Part shown: positions 49,996 to 59,664 of the stretch, in pieces | Numbering within the stretch: the first letter of the stretch is position 1 | Layout of the letters: every line of letters begins with the position of its first letter | From: Gammaproteobacteria bacterium | GTDB taxonomy: Bacteria; Pseudomonadota; Gammaproteobacteria; UBA4575 | DNA: 64,000 nucleotides | Direction: 5' to 3' | Assembly (NCBI GenBank): GCA_965222615.1 | Contig: CBDCUI010000008.1 | Span: 640,001 to 704,000, forward strand | The notes under the pieces: model-generated | Database searches by the model: none | Seen by the model: the letters and a program-made list of their open reading frames with translations, nothing else | What the model was told of the DNA's origin: nothing | Made by a program: the position numbers and the translations under genes

Positions 49996-50750
49996 ACTTG
50001 CTCTTAGATATTGGTAATAGCCGTTGCAAATTTGCACTTTTAGAAAACTCAGGAGTTCAAGAATATGGCGCAATTATTCATGCTTCTAAAGACAAAATTT
50101 CTGCAACAGAAACTCTGTTAAGGGATGTTAAACCCATTAATAAAGTTGTTGTTTGCTCGGTTTTAGGTGTTGAGTTTAATCAACAATTAATAGAAGTATT
50201 TAATAAACATCAAATTGGTGAATATTATTTTCTAGACCCTGTGGTGAATTCCTTTGGTATCCAACATTGTTATCAAACGCCAAAACACCTTGGTGCGGAT
50301 AGATTAGCAGTATTAATTGCCGCTAATGAAAAATATAAGGGCAGTAAATGTATTATAGATTGTGGGACAGCGATAACGATTGATGGAATTGATGCGATGG
50401 GAAAACATTTAGGTGGTGTAATACTTCCTGGTATTAAAAGTATGCATGCGGCATTAACGGACGATACAGAAATTCACTTTGTTGATACGGCAAATGGCGG
50501 TGAAAGAATAGGATGTTTTAATAGCTTGTCAAATTCGACACAAGATGCAATCTATACTGGGTGTTTAAGTGCGGTAGTAGGCGGAATAGAATACGTTGTT
50601 AATGCAATGCAGAAGCAGAGTAATTTATTTGATAAAATAATAATAACGGGAGGCGATGCGGGGATAATCTTGCCAAAAATTAATCTGAAGATAGAACATA
50701 TTCCAACGTTGGTATTAGATGGTTTGGGTGTTGTTTTGAAAAAGTTGTAG
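49992..50750 (+). CDS. coaX: Type III pantothenate kinase
   Basis: LDIGNSRCK, LGADR, IDCGTAITID, GGVILPG, ITGGDA, LVLDGL. Confidence 0.94.
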   Translation: MNLLLDIGNSRCKFALLENSGVQEYGAIIHASKDKISATETLLRDVKPINKVVVCSVLGVEFNQQLIEVFNKHQIGEYYFLDPVVNSFGIQHCYQTPKHLGADRLAVLIAANEKYKGSKCIIDCGTAITIDGIDAMGKHLGGVILPGIKSMHAALTDDTEIHFVDTANGGERIGCFNSLSNSTQDAIYTGCLSAVVGGIEYVVNAMQKQSNLFDKIIITGGDAGIILPKINLKIEHIPTLVLDGLGVVLKKL

Positions 50751-50752
50751 TC

Positions 50753-51484
50753 ATGCGATCTTTGTTTATTCTTTTGGCCGTGATGAATATATGTTATTTA
50801 TTATGGGGGGTCGCGTTTTCAAAAAAGGATGAACCTGAAGTAACCCAAGTCATTGTGCCCGGTGCTCAACAACTAACATTATTGGCTGAAAAACCAAACG
50901 AAATTGTTGCACGAAGAATTACTGCGAATAACAATACTGCATCTTCGAAGGCGAAGACAAAGAAATTAAAGAAAAATGATAAACCTAAAGAGTTAGTATC
51001 TAAAAAATGTTTCTCCATTGGGCCATATTTTGAAGACGAGGTGATTGCTAAATTAGAGAAGAAACTAGAAAAAGCTGGACATGAACCCGCGCGTAAATCC
51101 ATTACAGATAAAGAGCCAAAATCATATTGGGTATATATGCCGGCAGCAAAAACTATGGAAGATGCCAAATTAATGGCAGAGGAACTAAAGGCAGCACAAG
51201 TCAAAGACTACTTTATTATTCGTACTGGCAAACGCGCGAATGCAATTTCATTAGGACTATATAATGGCTATAACCGTGCAAAATTGAGAAAGTCGGATTT
51301 AAATAAATTAGGGTTTAAGGTATCCATACAAACACGTTATAAAGAAGTAACACGTCATTGGTTGGATTTTCATGAAACAGCGTCAAAAAAAGTAAAAAGG
51401 ACAGACTGGAAACGCGACGACAAGGATAATGTGCTACAAAAACTAGCTCGACCGTGTGTCGATCCATTGCCTGAAACAAGCTAA
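50753..51484 (+). CDS. SPOR domain protein
   Basis: N-terminal TM; CFSIGPY, YWVYMP, NAISLGLY; usual position after coaX. Confidence 0.82.
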   Translation: MRSLFILLAVMNICYLLWGVAFSKKDEPEVTQVIVPGAQQLTLLAEKPNEIVARRITANNNTASSKAKTKKLKKNDKPKELVSKKCFSIGPYFEDEVIAKLEKKLEKAGHEPARKSITDKEPKSYWVYMPAAKTMEDAKLMAEELKAAQVKDYFIIRTGKRANAISLGLYNGYNRAKLRKSDLNKLGFKVSIQTRYKEVTRHWLDFHETASKKVKRTDWKRDDKDNVLQKLARPCVDPLPETS

Positions 51485-51516
51485 TTCTTTACACTAAATT
51501 GTATTCAAATGCATGT

Positions 51517-51592
51517 GCTGGCGTAGCTCAGTTGGTAGAGCAGCTGATTTGTAATCAGCAGGTCGTAGGTTCAAATCCTATCGCCAGCTCCA
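51517..51592 (+). tRNA. tRNA-Thr(TGT)
   Basis: GCTGGCGTAGCTCAG...TTTGTAA...GGTTCAAATCC...CCAGCTCCA. Confidence 0.97.
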
Positions 51593-51630
51593 AATAATAT
51601 AAGCCTGCTAACAGCAGGCTTATATTATTT
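51593..51630 (+). terminator. Terminator hairpin after tRNA-Thr
   Basis: AATAATATAAGCCTGCT-AAC-AGCAGGCTTATATTATT. Confidence 0.8.
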
Positions 51631-51642
51631 GAATTGGGTTGT

Positions 51643-51803
51643 ATTTGAACCTACGATAAAGATAAGGAGGTTCAACAAATTTGTCTGGAACAAATTTGAA
51701 CGTTGCAGTGAAACTGCAACGTCCCGAAGGGTGGAGGACAGGATGTCCGAAATAATCCTATCGCCAGCTCCAAATAATATAAGCCTGCTGTTAGCAGGCT
51801 TGT
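51643..51803. repeat. Inverted T-arm copy + hairpin element + direct copy of tRNA-Thr 3' end and terminator
   Basis: ATTTGAACCTACGA (reverse complement of the T-arm), then GGTTCA[79-nt hairpin insert]AATCCTATCGCCAGCTCCAAATAATATAAGCCTGC. Confidence 0.85.
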
Positions 51804-51843
51804 ATAAAGTGAATTTAACGTCTAAGTAACATCTCAATTAGAA

Positions 51844-52278
51844 TTATTTTTTCGTAACCACCATATCGAATTCGATTACCTTTTGGCGTTGATCTCCGAT
51901 CCATTGTGTTTCTAAAGTATTAAATCCTTTTGCGGTTACGATAAAGTGAATATGAGGAATTGGCATATTTGGCCATTCAGTTTCAAATTCATAGCGACCC
52001 TCCTCATCTGTAAACATGTATGCATATAAATAGTCTTCGTATCTTCCATTTTCACTACCTTGCCAGTGTGCGATCTTGGCGTTTGCAATCGGTTTACAGC
52101 CAATTTCAGATAAAACTCGTCCTTTAACGGTGACTCCCTTACTCACATTGACTTTCTCAACTGTTACAGGTTTATAGTGAGTGCCGGTGCTTCGATGTGG
52201 AGTAGGGTTGCAGTTCTCGGCCACCGTACTCAAGGGAGTTAAAATTACAAAGAACAATAAAATTAGATAAATACGCAT
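51844..52278 (-). CDS. Small exported intradiol ring-cleavage dioxygenase-like protein
   Basis: Signal peptide; V.GRVL...CKPIANAKIAHWQ...GRY, TDEEGRYEFET..P, PHIHF. Confidence 0.75.
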   Translation of the reverse strand: MRIYLILLFFVILTPLSTVAENCNPTPHRSTGTHYKPVTVEKVNVSKGVTVKGRVLSEIGCKPIANAKIAHWQGSENGRYEDYLYAYMFTDEEGRYEFETEWPNMPIPHIHFIVTAKGFNTLETQWIGDQRQKVIEFDMVVTKK

Positions 52279-52487
52279 GGGTAAGACCTCCCAAAACTAA
52301 ATTCACATACCAGTAGACCATAAAAATCACCAATTAGTTACTAGGAATACATGAGAAACAATATAGAATGATTGTTATTAACTGAAAGCGGATAATTAAG
52401 AATTATCTGTATCACTAGGCCAGGTACGATTAATGTAGCAGGAGCTTTCAAAGAGAATTAATAGCTTACTGCAATATAGAAGAGACG

Positions 52488-52697
52488 ATGAGATATAAAA
52501 TTACATTTGAGTTATTGACTCCAGATAAAACAGCATCGTATGAAGTTTACACACTAAATGGAGAGGCTAAAGCAGTTGTGATAGCAACAGGAAAGCATAT
52601 TTCTTCAGGTAAAGGTCATATTCTAGCAGTGGACATTGAACGTCTAAATGGGAAAAAACCAATTGGTACCGATCTCGTGGACAGAATGGAATGGTGA
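52488..52697 (+). CDS. Hypothetical protein
   Basis: 69-aa ORF with AGAG RBS-like sequence. Confidence 0.5.
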   Translation: MRYKITFELLTPDKTASYEVYTLNGEAKAVVIATGKHISSGKGHILAVDIERLNGKKPIGTDLVDRMEW

Positions 52698-52836
52698 GTA
52701 GTTAATGCATAGCATAAGTTGATCAAAAGGAGTTTAGAGATCTTTTTCCACTAGTCACCAGAAAACAGGTCAGACTGATCTTGCCCTAGTGTAGTAGACA
52801 GCTTGAAGGGAGAAACTAGTTTATAGGTTTGAGATG

Positions 52837-53220
52837 TTAAATATCTAGTTTTTGTTTTAATAGGTACTGAGCATATTTAATTCGTGAGCGTCTGTTTTTT
52901 CTAATTTTGTATTTATCGCACCATTTTGCGTAGTCATCTGCAATAATTTTCACACGTTCAAAAGGTTTCTCGCGACGTAGTAAAGAGATTGTAGCTTTAT
53001 CTGCGTGGCTCAACCATTGCATATAGGAGTTATGAAATGTCTCTGGATCTTCACAGATTTTTTTAGTTTTTTCCCATTCGTCCACATCATACCAGGGCAC
53101 CCCTACCACAGTTAATTTGGAAGATTTTGTATAGCGATTTACTTTACGAAATGTAATCCACGGAAGGCCAATTGTGTCGGCCATTCGCTTAATAGTTGAG
53201 TCATTATTGAAAAATTTCAT
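52837..53220 (-). CDS. Hypothetical protein
   Basis: ORF 52837-53262; ATG start at 53220 or later; GVPWY...W...D...Y..W motif. Confidence 0.55.
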   Translation of the reverse strand: MKFFNNDSTIKRMADTIGLPWITFRKVNRYTKSSKLTVVGVPWYDVDEWEKTKKICEDPETFHNSYMQWLSHADKATISLLRREKPFERVKIIADDYAKWCDKYKIRKNRRSRIKYAQYLLKQKLDI

Positions 53221-53427
53221 ACGTGAAAAGATATCGACGTATACTGAAAATACTAAAGACAAAATAAGTACAGAAGATGCTATTAGCTAGATATAAGAAA
53301 TAAAAATGGAAACTAAAAAAGGAGTCAAATCTCTATTTCGCTACTAAGCCAGTCTAGTTCTGGCATGTAAAAAATGAGTTAGACTAGACAATTAATAATG
53401 GACGAATTAATTGATTAAACAATAGCT

Positions 53428-53652
53428 TTACCCATTGTCCATTTCTTTACACTTATAGATACGGTAACCATCGTGCTCTTCAAATCCATCCGGTAGCCAT
53501 CCTTTATTTAGTATTTCATCCATGATGACACTCATATGTACGCCGAGTGGATCAAGCAAGGAATTTGAAAGTGGTAACAAAAAATTACTCACACTTCCAT
53601 TGTATTGAGAAATAAAGGTTAACGCTTTTGCAATATCAGTGAATGGTTCCAT
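53428..53652 (-). CDS. Hypothetical protein
   Basis: 74-aa ORF with LLDPLG.HM...D.IL..GW.PDGF. Confidence 0.55.
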   Translation of the reverse strand: MEPFTDIAKALTFISQYNGSVSNFLLPLSNSLLDPLGVHMSVIMDEILNKGWLPDGFEEHDGYRIYKCKEMDNG

Positions 53653-54038
53653 TTATAGTACAAAAATTAAATTTATCGTTTATATAAATAGCATGAGCCA
53701 TATACTTGATTATTAGACAAAGTATCTCATTTTAAAAATACAGCTTAATCGTAAACTTTTGTGAAACATTTCATGTTGTTTAGTAATTCTCTAGTCTTTA
53801 CAGTTGAGCAATCAATTACAGCTTAATTTCTTGCCGAAATATCTTTTACATAGCATAATTATATTGGAAGCAGATGGTTGGTTTGTTCCAAAATTTTCTT
53901 TTTGGTTGAGGGAAGCAAACAATTTTGTTTACAGGATGTCGGCATGGCTTAGCGCCATGTAGCCATTTGTGTTTGTGAGTTTGTAAACAGTTTTGTACAA
54001 ACTCAATTAACCATAACAAATTAATAAAGGTGAACATT

Positions 54039-54332
54039 ATGAGTACTAATAAAGATGAAGGAATTCTAGACAAGGCGGCTGGTGCAATTAAAGAAGCGGC
54101 TACTGACACAGTAGAAGCCGCTGATAATATTGTGGATGCTACAGTAGACCTTGCCAAAGATGGTGCAGAGGCTGCGGTAGATGCTGGGAAGGCTGCAGTA
54201 TCTGGTGCAGCAAAGGCCGGTAATTATGTCGCGGAAAAAGCGGATGATGCCGTGGATGCTACAGTAGAACTAGCCAAAGACGGTGCAGAAGCTGTAAAGG
54301 ATTTAGCTACTGATGACAGTGAAAAAGTTTAG
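54039..54332 (+). CDS. Ala/Asp-rich repetitive (LEA/YtxH-like) small protein
   Basis: AGGTG RBS; duplicated VDATV(D/E)LAKDGAEA; terminator-like hairpin downstream. Confidence 0.7.
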   Translation: MSTNKDEGILDKAAGAIKEAATDTVEAADNIVDATVDLAKDGAEAAVDAGKAAVSGAAKAGNYVAEKADDAVDATVELAKDGAEAVKDLATDDSEKV

Positions 54333-54411
54333 TTAGAACCTACCGACCTGGGGAAAGGTTAATCTCATCTCCCCAGGCACGGTTCTCTTAAAAAACAAAT
54401 GTATTAACGTT

Positions 54412-55479
54412 TTATAGCGTTTCTAAATGTTCAATGAGTGGGCTGACGGCTGGCTCTAGAACACTTTTTACTCCTGGGATCTGATAAGCTTTCTCAGCAG
54501 CAACAAGTAAAGGCTCTAGCTTAGAGCCTAATACAGATTGCAATAAAGACTTATCTTCACCACTCCAACTACCAATATTCATGTTATCTAAGAATCCCAT
54601 GTGGTCTTTGACGGTAGAAGCTAGTTGTTGAGCAGAATCTGTATCTGTGATGTCTCCTATTGATGATGTCAAGCTGTCTAAACGTTGGCCGAGCTCTTCA
54701 GTAATCGATGTGACTGATGTAGACATCTCGCTTTCTGTTTCAGCCATGGCTTTTGGTTCTGTATGTTCGACAGTTTCAATTTCTCTTCGTTCTGCGCCTG
54801 GCCACAGCAGTGAGAGTAAGAACAATGCGCCTGCAATAAGTGCTAACGGTAATAACAGTCGGGAGAGTCCGCCTCGACGTTCTTCGCGAGTGTCTACTGA
54901 GTCTCGCACTACATGTTGGGTTCGACGTGTGTCATCATCGAAAATATGGCTTACACCGAGTGATTCACGCATATCATTGGGTAATGCATTAGAGATATGT
55001 TCTTTTTGGCCAAGCAAAAGATCTTTTATGCCATCTACACTTAAATTTCCTTGTGCACGTTGTTTCCCGATAAGTCCCATGACGATCGGGCCAAGTAAGT
55101 TCAATATGGTCGAGGCTGCACTGCTGCTTTTAAATCCTGCCAATCTGCTTAATGTACCTAGTACACCACTTTGACGAGATCCAAAAATCATATTGGCAAT
55201 GGAAGCACCCATATTAAGTAAGCCAGATTGGTTACTACCAAAAAGTGAATCACTTAAGTTATTTAAAATGCTGCCATCATGTTGATCGAGTTGATTAAAG
55301 ATTTCTTGAGCTCCGCCGGGACTTTGGGCTTTACTCATTAAGCCAGCCAATATTGCGGGTAGTCCAGAACTGATAGCGCTTTGTGTAGCGTTACCACCCT
55401 CACCAATCATGCCACTAATATTGTCGGAAATACTATTGCTAATAGCATTTGTCGCCAATTCAAGTAAATTAATTGCCAT
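54412..55479 (-). CDS. DUF937 domain membrane protein
   Basis: GGAGGAG RBS before MAINLLE; LPAILAGL..K, HDGSIL, LGPIVMGLIGK, I..ALP; internal TM. Confidence 0.78.
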   Translation of the reverse strand: MAINLLELATNAISNSISDNISGMIGEGGNATQSAISSGLPAILAGLMSKAQSPGGAQEIFNQLDQHDGSILNNLSDSLFGSNQSGLLNMGASIANMIFGSRQSGVLGTLSRLAGFKSSSAASTILNLLGPIVMGLIGKQRAQGNLSVDGIKDLLLGQKEHISNALPNDMRESLGVSHIFDDDTRRTQHVVRDSVDTREERRGGLSRLLLPLALIAGALFLLSLLWPGAERREIETVEHTEPKAMAETESEMSTSVTSITEELGQRLDSLTSSIGDITDTDSAQQLASTVKDHMGFLDNMNIGSWSGEDKSLLQSVLGSKLEPLLVAAEKAYQIPGVKSVLEPAVSPLIEHLETL

Positions 55480-56452
55480 TGTATTCTCCTCCTTTTCTGT
55501 GTAGGTCAGCTGTTTTACGGTTATTTGTGGTTGGCAAAACCGGTTATATTCTATCGCAGGGAAGTTAAACAAGTATATACAGAATGTTTGTGGTTTATTT
55601 AGGTCGTTAAACGTGTAGGGGTGATCTATCTATAGCTTGAATAAAAAAACAAAGCATATGTAAATATAAACAATAGTTAATAGTAAACAGAAGTTAATTA
55701 ATTATGTGTGTTGTTTTCTTAGAAGTCTCATTTAAAAATGGTTCTAAGATACAGAATAATCAGTAATTGTTTATTAGTTTTGGGTTGATTAAAGGTCGAA
55801 TCTTGGCAGGATAGTTTGTAAATATAAACCTGCAATATATTGATAGCTATTGTTATTAGGATAAAACTCATCGACATCACTTACTAATTCACCTCCTAGT
55901 ACATTGTTTGAGAAATTCACGAGTGGAACATAATATTTTTGAGCTTGGCGAGTAATCACTTGCTTATTAAGTTACATCCCGTTCGACAGAAACATGTTTG
56001 TCGGGTTTTTCTCTAAGGCGTTTTATTTGTATGAGGTTCGGTAAATCCAGCATCACGATAAAACGGCATTACCATCACGTAAAAGTCTTAGTAATTCACT
56101 TAGCGCTTTTTGAAGTTCAACAAGATCTTTCCACTAATAAAGTCATTTGCTCTGGTCTAGATAGTGACCAAGCCTTTATTTACGCCTATTTGTAAGCACA
56201 AGCCTTGATCGCTTTTTCAACCGGCTCAATATTTGCGGTGGGGGTGCCAAGATTTACTAGGTCGACACTTTCCCATGATCTTCAAGTTCATTTTTAAAAT
56301 GCGAAATACGTACCTCTAGTGCTTTTCGCTGCCAAGAGCCATGAGTTTCTATCTTGTCCCATAGAAATCAATTATTTATATACCCACAATATAGAATTGT
56401 ATTTACAGCATAAATATATATAATGATGTAAATACATCAATTGGAGAATTTC

Positions 56453-56824
56453 ATGAGTGTACAGACTCAAACCTTGCCAGATGCAAATGAAGTGCTAAGC
56501 AAGGCCTTATTAAATAGTAAAGAACGCTTAGGGTTAACGTATACCGAGTTGGGCGAAATTATGGGCAAAGATCGTACTTATTTTACCCGTTTGCGTAATC
56601 GGCCTGTGTTAGAGCCAGACAGCAAAGAAGGTGAGTTGGCCTTGCATGTCATTCGAATTTATCGCTCTTTGTATGCGCTTGAAGGTGGCGATTTAGAAGC
56701 CATGGCAGAATGGTTGAATACGCCTAACAAACACCTAAACGGCATACCAAAAAAATTACTAAAAAATATTCAAGGTCTTATTCAAGTAACGGAATATCTA
56801 GATGCCATGCGTGGTAAAGCCTAA
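56453..56824 (+). CDS. Xre/MbcA/ParS-family antitoxin
   Basis: N-terminal HTH (LGLTYTELGEIMG); IRIYRSL, WLNTPN..L...P, YLDAMRG. Confidence 0.88.
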   Translation: MSVQTQTLPDANEVLSKALLNSKERLGLTYTELGEIMGKDRTYFTRLRNRPVLEPDSKEGELALHVIRIYRSLYALEGGDLEAMAEWLNTPNKHLNGIPKKLLKNIQGLIQVTEYLDAMRGKA

Positions 56825-56875
56825 ACCAGCATTTTACCTCAGCTCTAACCAATCGGAGCTTTCATAATTATTTAT

Positions 56876-57619
56876 ATGTCGTTATCTATTGAGAATAAAT
56901 ATATTCAACCATTGAGTGCGCGGGTTTATCGTATTGCTGAATCGCAATTAATGGTCGCAACCAATACGCTAGTGGATACTGTTGAGGAACAGCAACTGCT
57001 GGAGGAAATGCTAGATCGTGTAAAACCAAATGTACCTCAAGAATGCAAAAAATTTGATTACTTGATCTATACGCCGTTTCGATATCCGCCTCTTAAACAT
57101 GGTTCACGGTTTGGTAAAAAAATTCATCCAAGTATTTTTTATGGCTCAACCAAAATAGAAACCACTTTTGCAGAAATGGCCTATTATCGGTTTGTGTACT
57201 ACGACGGTATGCAGACTCCGCCAAAAAAACAACAAAAAGTGACGCAACACACTACTTTTTATATTAATGCGAAAACCAATAAGGGACTTGCATTGACTAA
57301 ACCACCTTTTGGTAAATATAAAAATAAAATTAGTGACCCCACCGCATATGCTGCTTCACAAGCTCTAGGGGAGGATATGCGCGATAAGGGAGTGGAAGTG
57401 TTTAACTACTTTTCTGCACGTGCTGAGAACGAAATTAATGTAGGGCTCTTCACATGTAAGGCTATCGTCAGCAAAGCACCAAAAGAAAAACAACATTGGA
57501 GCTGTATCACTAAAAAAACCAATGTCACAATTAGAAGCTTAGATGATAGTTGGAAAAACTATAGTTTTAATTTAAAACAATTCCTCATTGATGGTGTGTT
57601 ACCTATTCCTGCATGCTGA
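56876..57619 (+). CDS. RES domain toxin (NAD+ phosphorylase family)
   Basis: TPFRYPP..HGSRFG, FYGS, AEMAYYR, YFSAR (R-E-S residues). Confidence 0.88.
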   Translation: MSLSIENKYIQPLSARVYRIAESQLMVATNTLVDTVEEQQLLEEMLDRVKPNVPQECKKFDYLIYTPFRYPPLKHGSRFGKKIHPSIFYGSTKIETTFAEMAYYRFVYYDGMQTPPKKQQKVTQHTTFYINAKTNKGLALTKPPFGKYKNKISDPTAYAASQALGEDMRDKGVEVFNYFSARAENEINVGLFTCKAIVSKAPKEKQHWSCITKKTNVTIRSLDDSWKNYSFNLKQFLIDGVLPIPAC

Positions 57620-57789
57620 GCAAATGTAATTACTAATCATAATTAATATGTCTAATCAGATTTATGAATAAATATTTGGTATGAGTTGTGTTTAATGATT
57701 ACAAATTGGATAATTCAATTTTGTGTGACAACATGGCTAACTACTATTCCCAACTCAAATCTTCTAAGAAGATGGTGTAATCCAAACTT

Positions 57790-58521
57790 ATGTCGCCTAA
57801 ATATTTTTATTCAGTTTTCTTGATTATCTGTTTTTTGTTCATTATTGGCTGTGCTGTAACAACAAACGAAGCTCAAGTTGAGAATATTCCGGATCGAAAA
57901 CCTCTTGATGGAATTTGGTCTGGAGAATTTGATATTGGCGGGCGTGGTCCGTATGACTTTACGGCCGTGCATATTAATGGCCACGCTTTTGCATACAGTC
58001 TGGGTGCTAAAGCCCAGTGTGTGGGTACAGTGAAACTGGATGGTGAAAATTATATCTCTAAATATGCTTTATTCGCTTTGGATGGTGGTCCATTTGATGC
58101 TGCAACGATTACTGGAAAACTTAAAGAAGAAACAAGAATCAATTCACACTTTGTGACGTTAAATGGTGGAGATACGGGCGCATTAAATATTGTCTACGAT
58201 GCAGTTTATGATACGGCTTCATCTTTGCAATTAACTGCTGGGCAATGGACTTATACCGATCGGGATAACTTGACAACAACACTGAGTATTGCGCCAGAGG
58301 GAACAATTGCTGGAACTGATTCTGATGGCTGTGCTTATTTAGGTTATGTGGATTTGATTAATCCTGCTTACAACGTCTATAAGATGAAAGTAGAGATTAC
58401 CGAATGTAGTTCCGTCAATGGTGAATACGAGGGTGTTTCATTTATTAAAGATGATTTATTAAATGTGCAAATTGCAAATGAAAAGTATGCATTGTTTTTT
58501 GCATTTGGCCGTGCTGAATGA
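57790..58521 (+). CDS. Hypothetical lipoprotein
   Basis: Lipobox IIGC; beta-rich with DGIWSG and GTDSDGC.Y.G. Confidence 0.7.
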   Translation: MSPKYFYSVFLIICFLFIIGCAVTTNEAQVENIPDRKPLDGIWSGEFDIGGRGPYDFTAVHINGHAFAYSLGAKAQCVGTVKLDGENYISKYALFALDGGPFDAATITGKLKEETRINSHFVTLNGGDTGALNIVYDAVYDTASSLQLTAGQWTYTDRDNLTTTLSIAPEGTIAGTDSDGCAYLGYVDLINPAYNVYKMKVEITECSSVNGEYEGVSFIKDDLLNVQIANEKYALFFAFGRAE

Positions 58522-58564
58522 AACATTGTTGTTTATAAAATAATTTTTCTATCTTATCAACGCG

Positions 58565-59452
58565 ATGTCTGTCGCAAAATATTATCCATTTTCCGGTACT
58601 AAAGGTCGTTTGCGTCTTGGGCTTAAATCGATTGCAGTTTCGGACTGGATTCAGTATGAAAGTGATTTTGCTGAAAGAATTGTTGAAAAGAAAAGCCTTA
58701 TTACTAAGCAACGCAAGCATGTGCTTGATTTTTTACAAGCAAGTTTAGATGCGCAAACAGAGTTCTTAGCACTTATTCTTGACTACCTACAAGAGTATCA
58801 GAAAGATTTATTTAAAGTAGAAAAAAATCAGGTGCTTAGTTTACAGGACAATAATACATATGCGATTTCAGATTATACAAGTTGCCCTCTTGAGCTAATT
58901 AGTTATCTTGTAGCAGATGATTTTTGTCTGTTAGAAAATATTGGTGATGATCATAAGCTTGTGGCTGCATCAGTATGTGCTCCTACCTGGTGGGACTTAT
59001 CAGCAAAAATGGATAAACCACTTACCACAGTGCATTCACCTATTGCAGGGCTCGAAGAAAAAATTGGGCGTATGATTCGACATTTTTTGCAAAATCTCAG
59101 TGTCGAAGACTGTTATCAAAGATCAAACTGGTTTCTTTTTAACAGGCCGGATCTATGTGTTTTTCCAAGTAGCTTTAATATGCATGAAGAACTTGCCGCT
59201 ATCAATTTAGAAAACATTGAAGAAAATTTATATTTGCGCAGTGAACGTCAAACTTTTCGAAAATTAAAAACGACGGGGTATATAGTATTCGGTATTAAGG
59301 TTTACATTGCGCCAATTAGTATTGTAAAGAGACATCCTGCCATTGCAGAAGATTTGCAAATTGCCCTTGATACAATGACTACAGATCAAAAACAAGCATT
59401 GGGGATTAGTTTGGTAGAAGCACCTCTAAAAGAATATTTAGGAAAGCTCTGA
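58565..59452 (+). CDS. DUF3445 / heme-dependent oxidative N-demethylase alpha-subunit family protein
   Basis: DDFCLL, CAPTWW...K...L..VHSP, RSNW, LRSERQT.RKL..TG.IVF.I. Confidence 0.85.
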   Translation: MSVAKYYPFSGTKGRLRLGLKSIAVSDWIQYESDFAERIVEKKSLITKQRKHVLDFLQASLDAQTEFLALILDYLQEYQKDLFKVEKNQVLSLQDNNTYAISDYTSCPLELISYLVADDFCLLENIGDDHKLVAASVCAPTWWDLSAKMDKPLTTVHSPIAGLEEKIGRMIRHFLQNLSVEDCYQRSNWFLFNRPDLCVFPSSFNMHEELAAINLENIEENLYLRSERQTFRKLKTTGYIVFGIKVYIAPISIVKRHPAIAEDLQIALDTMTTDQKQALGISLVEAPLKEYLGKL

Positions 59453-59643
59453 TTTATTAATGAAATGTCTGAGACGAGACAAAAAGATTTTGAGACAAAT
59501 CTGCCGGGAGCAGATTTGGAAAGCTTTGCTAGCCGCAGGTCGAGCACCAGGAAGGTGCGAGTCAATACGGAGTGTATATAGTCATACATGAGTATTTCGA
59601 GAAATCTTTTTAACAAAGTATCAGAATAAATCAGAGCTTTCCT
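59440..59643. mobile_element. MITE-like element with nested hairpin element
   Basis: Perfect 19-bp inverted repeats AGGAAAGCTCTGATTTATT / AATAAATCAGAGCTTTCCT. Core CGGAGTGTATA..CATACATGAG; extra ~70-nt insert compared with the 1467 copy. Confidence 0.8.
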
Positions 59644-59664
59644 TGGGTGTGCAGTGGTGTGATT

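Noticed and set aside
51754-51772. attR of a prophage or integrative element at tRNA-Thr
   Set aside because: The duplicate lies only ~160 bp from the tRNA, and no integrase is present.
55890-56362. Possible decayed gene on the minus strand upstream of the TA pair
   Set aside because: Short coding-like stretches broken by stops; I could not assign a family, so it is not reported as a feature.
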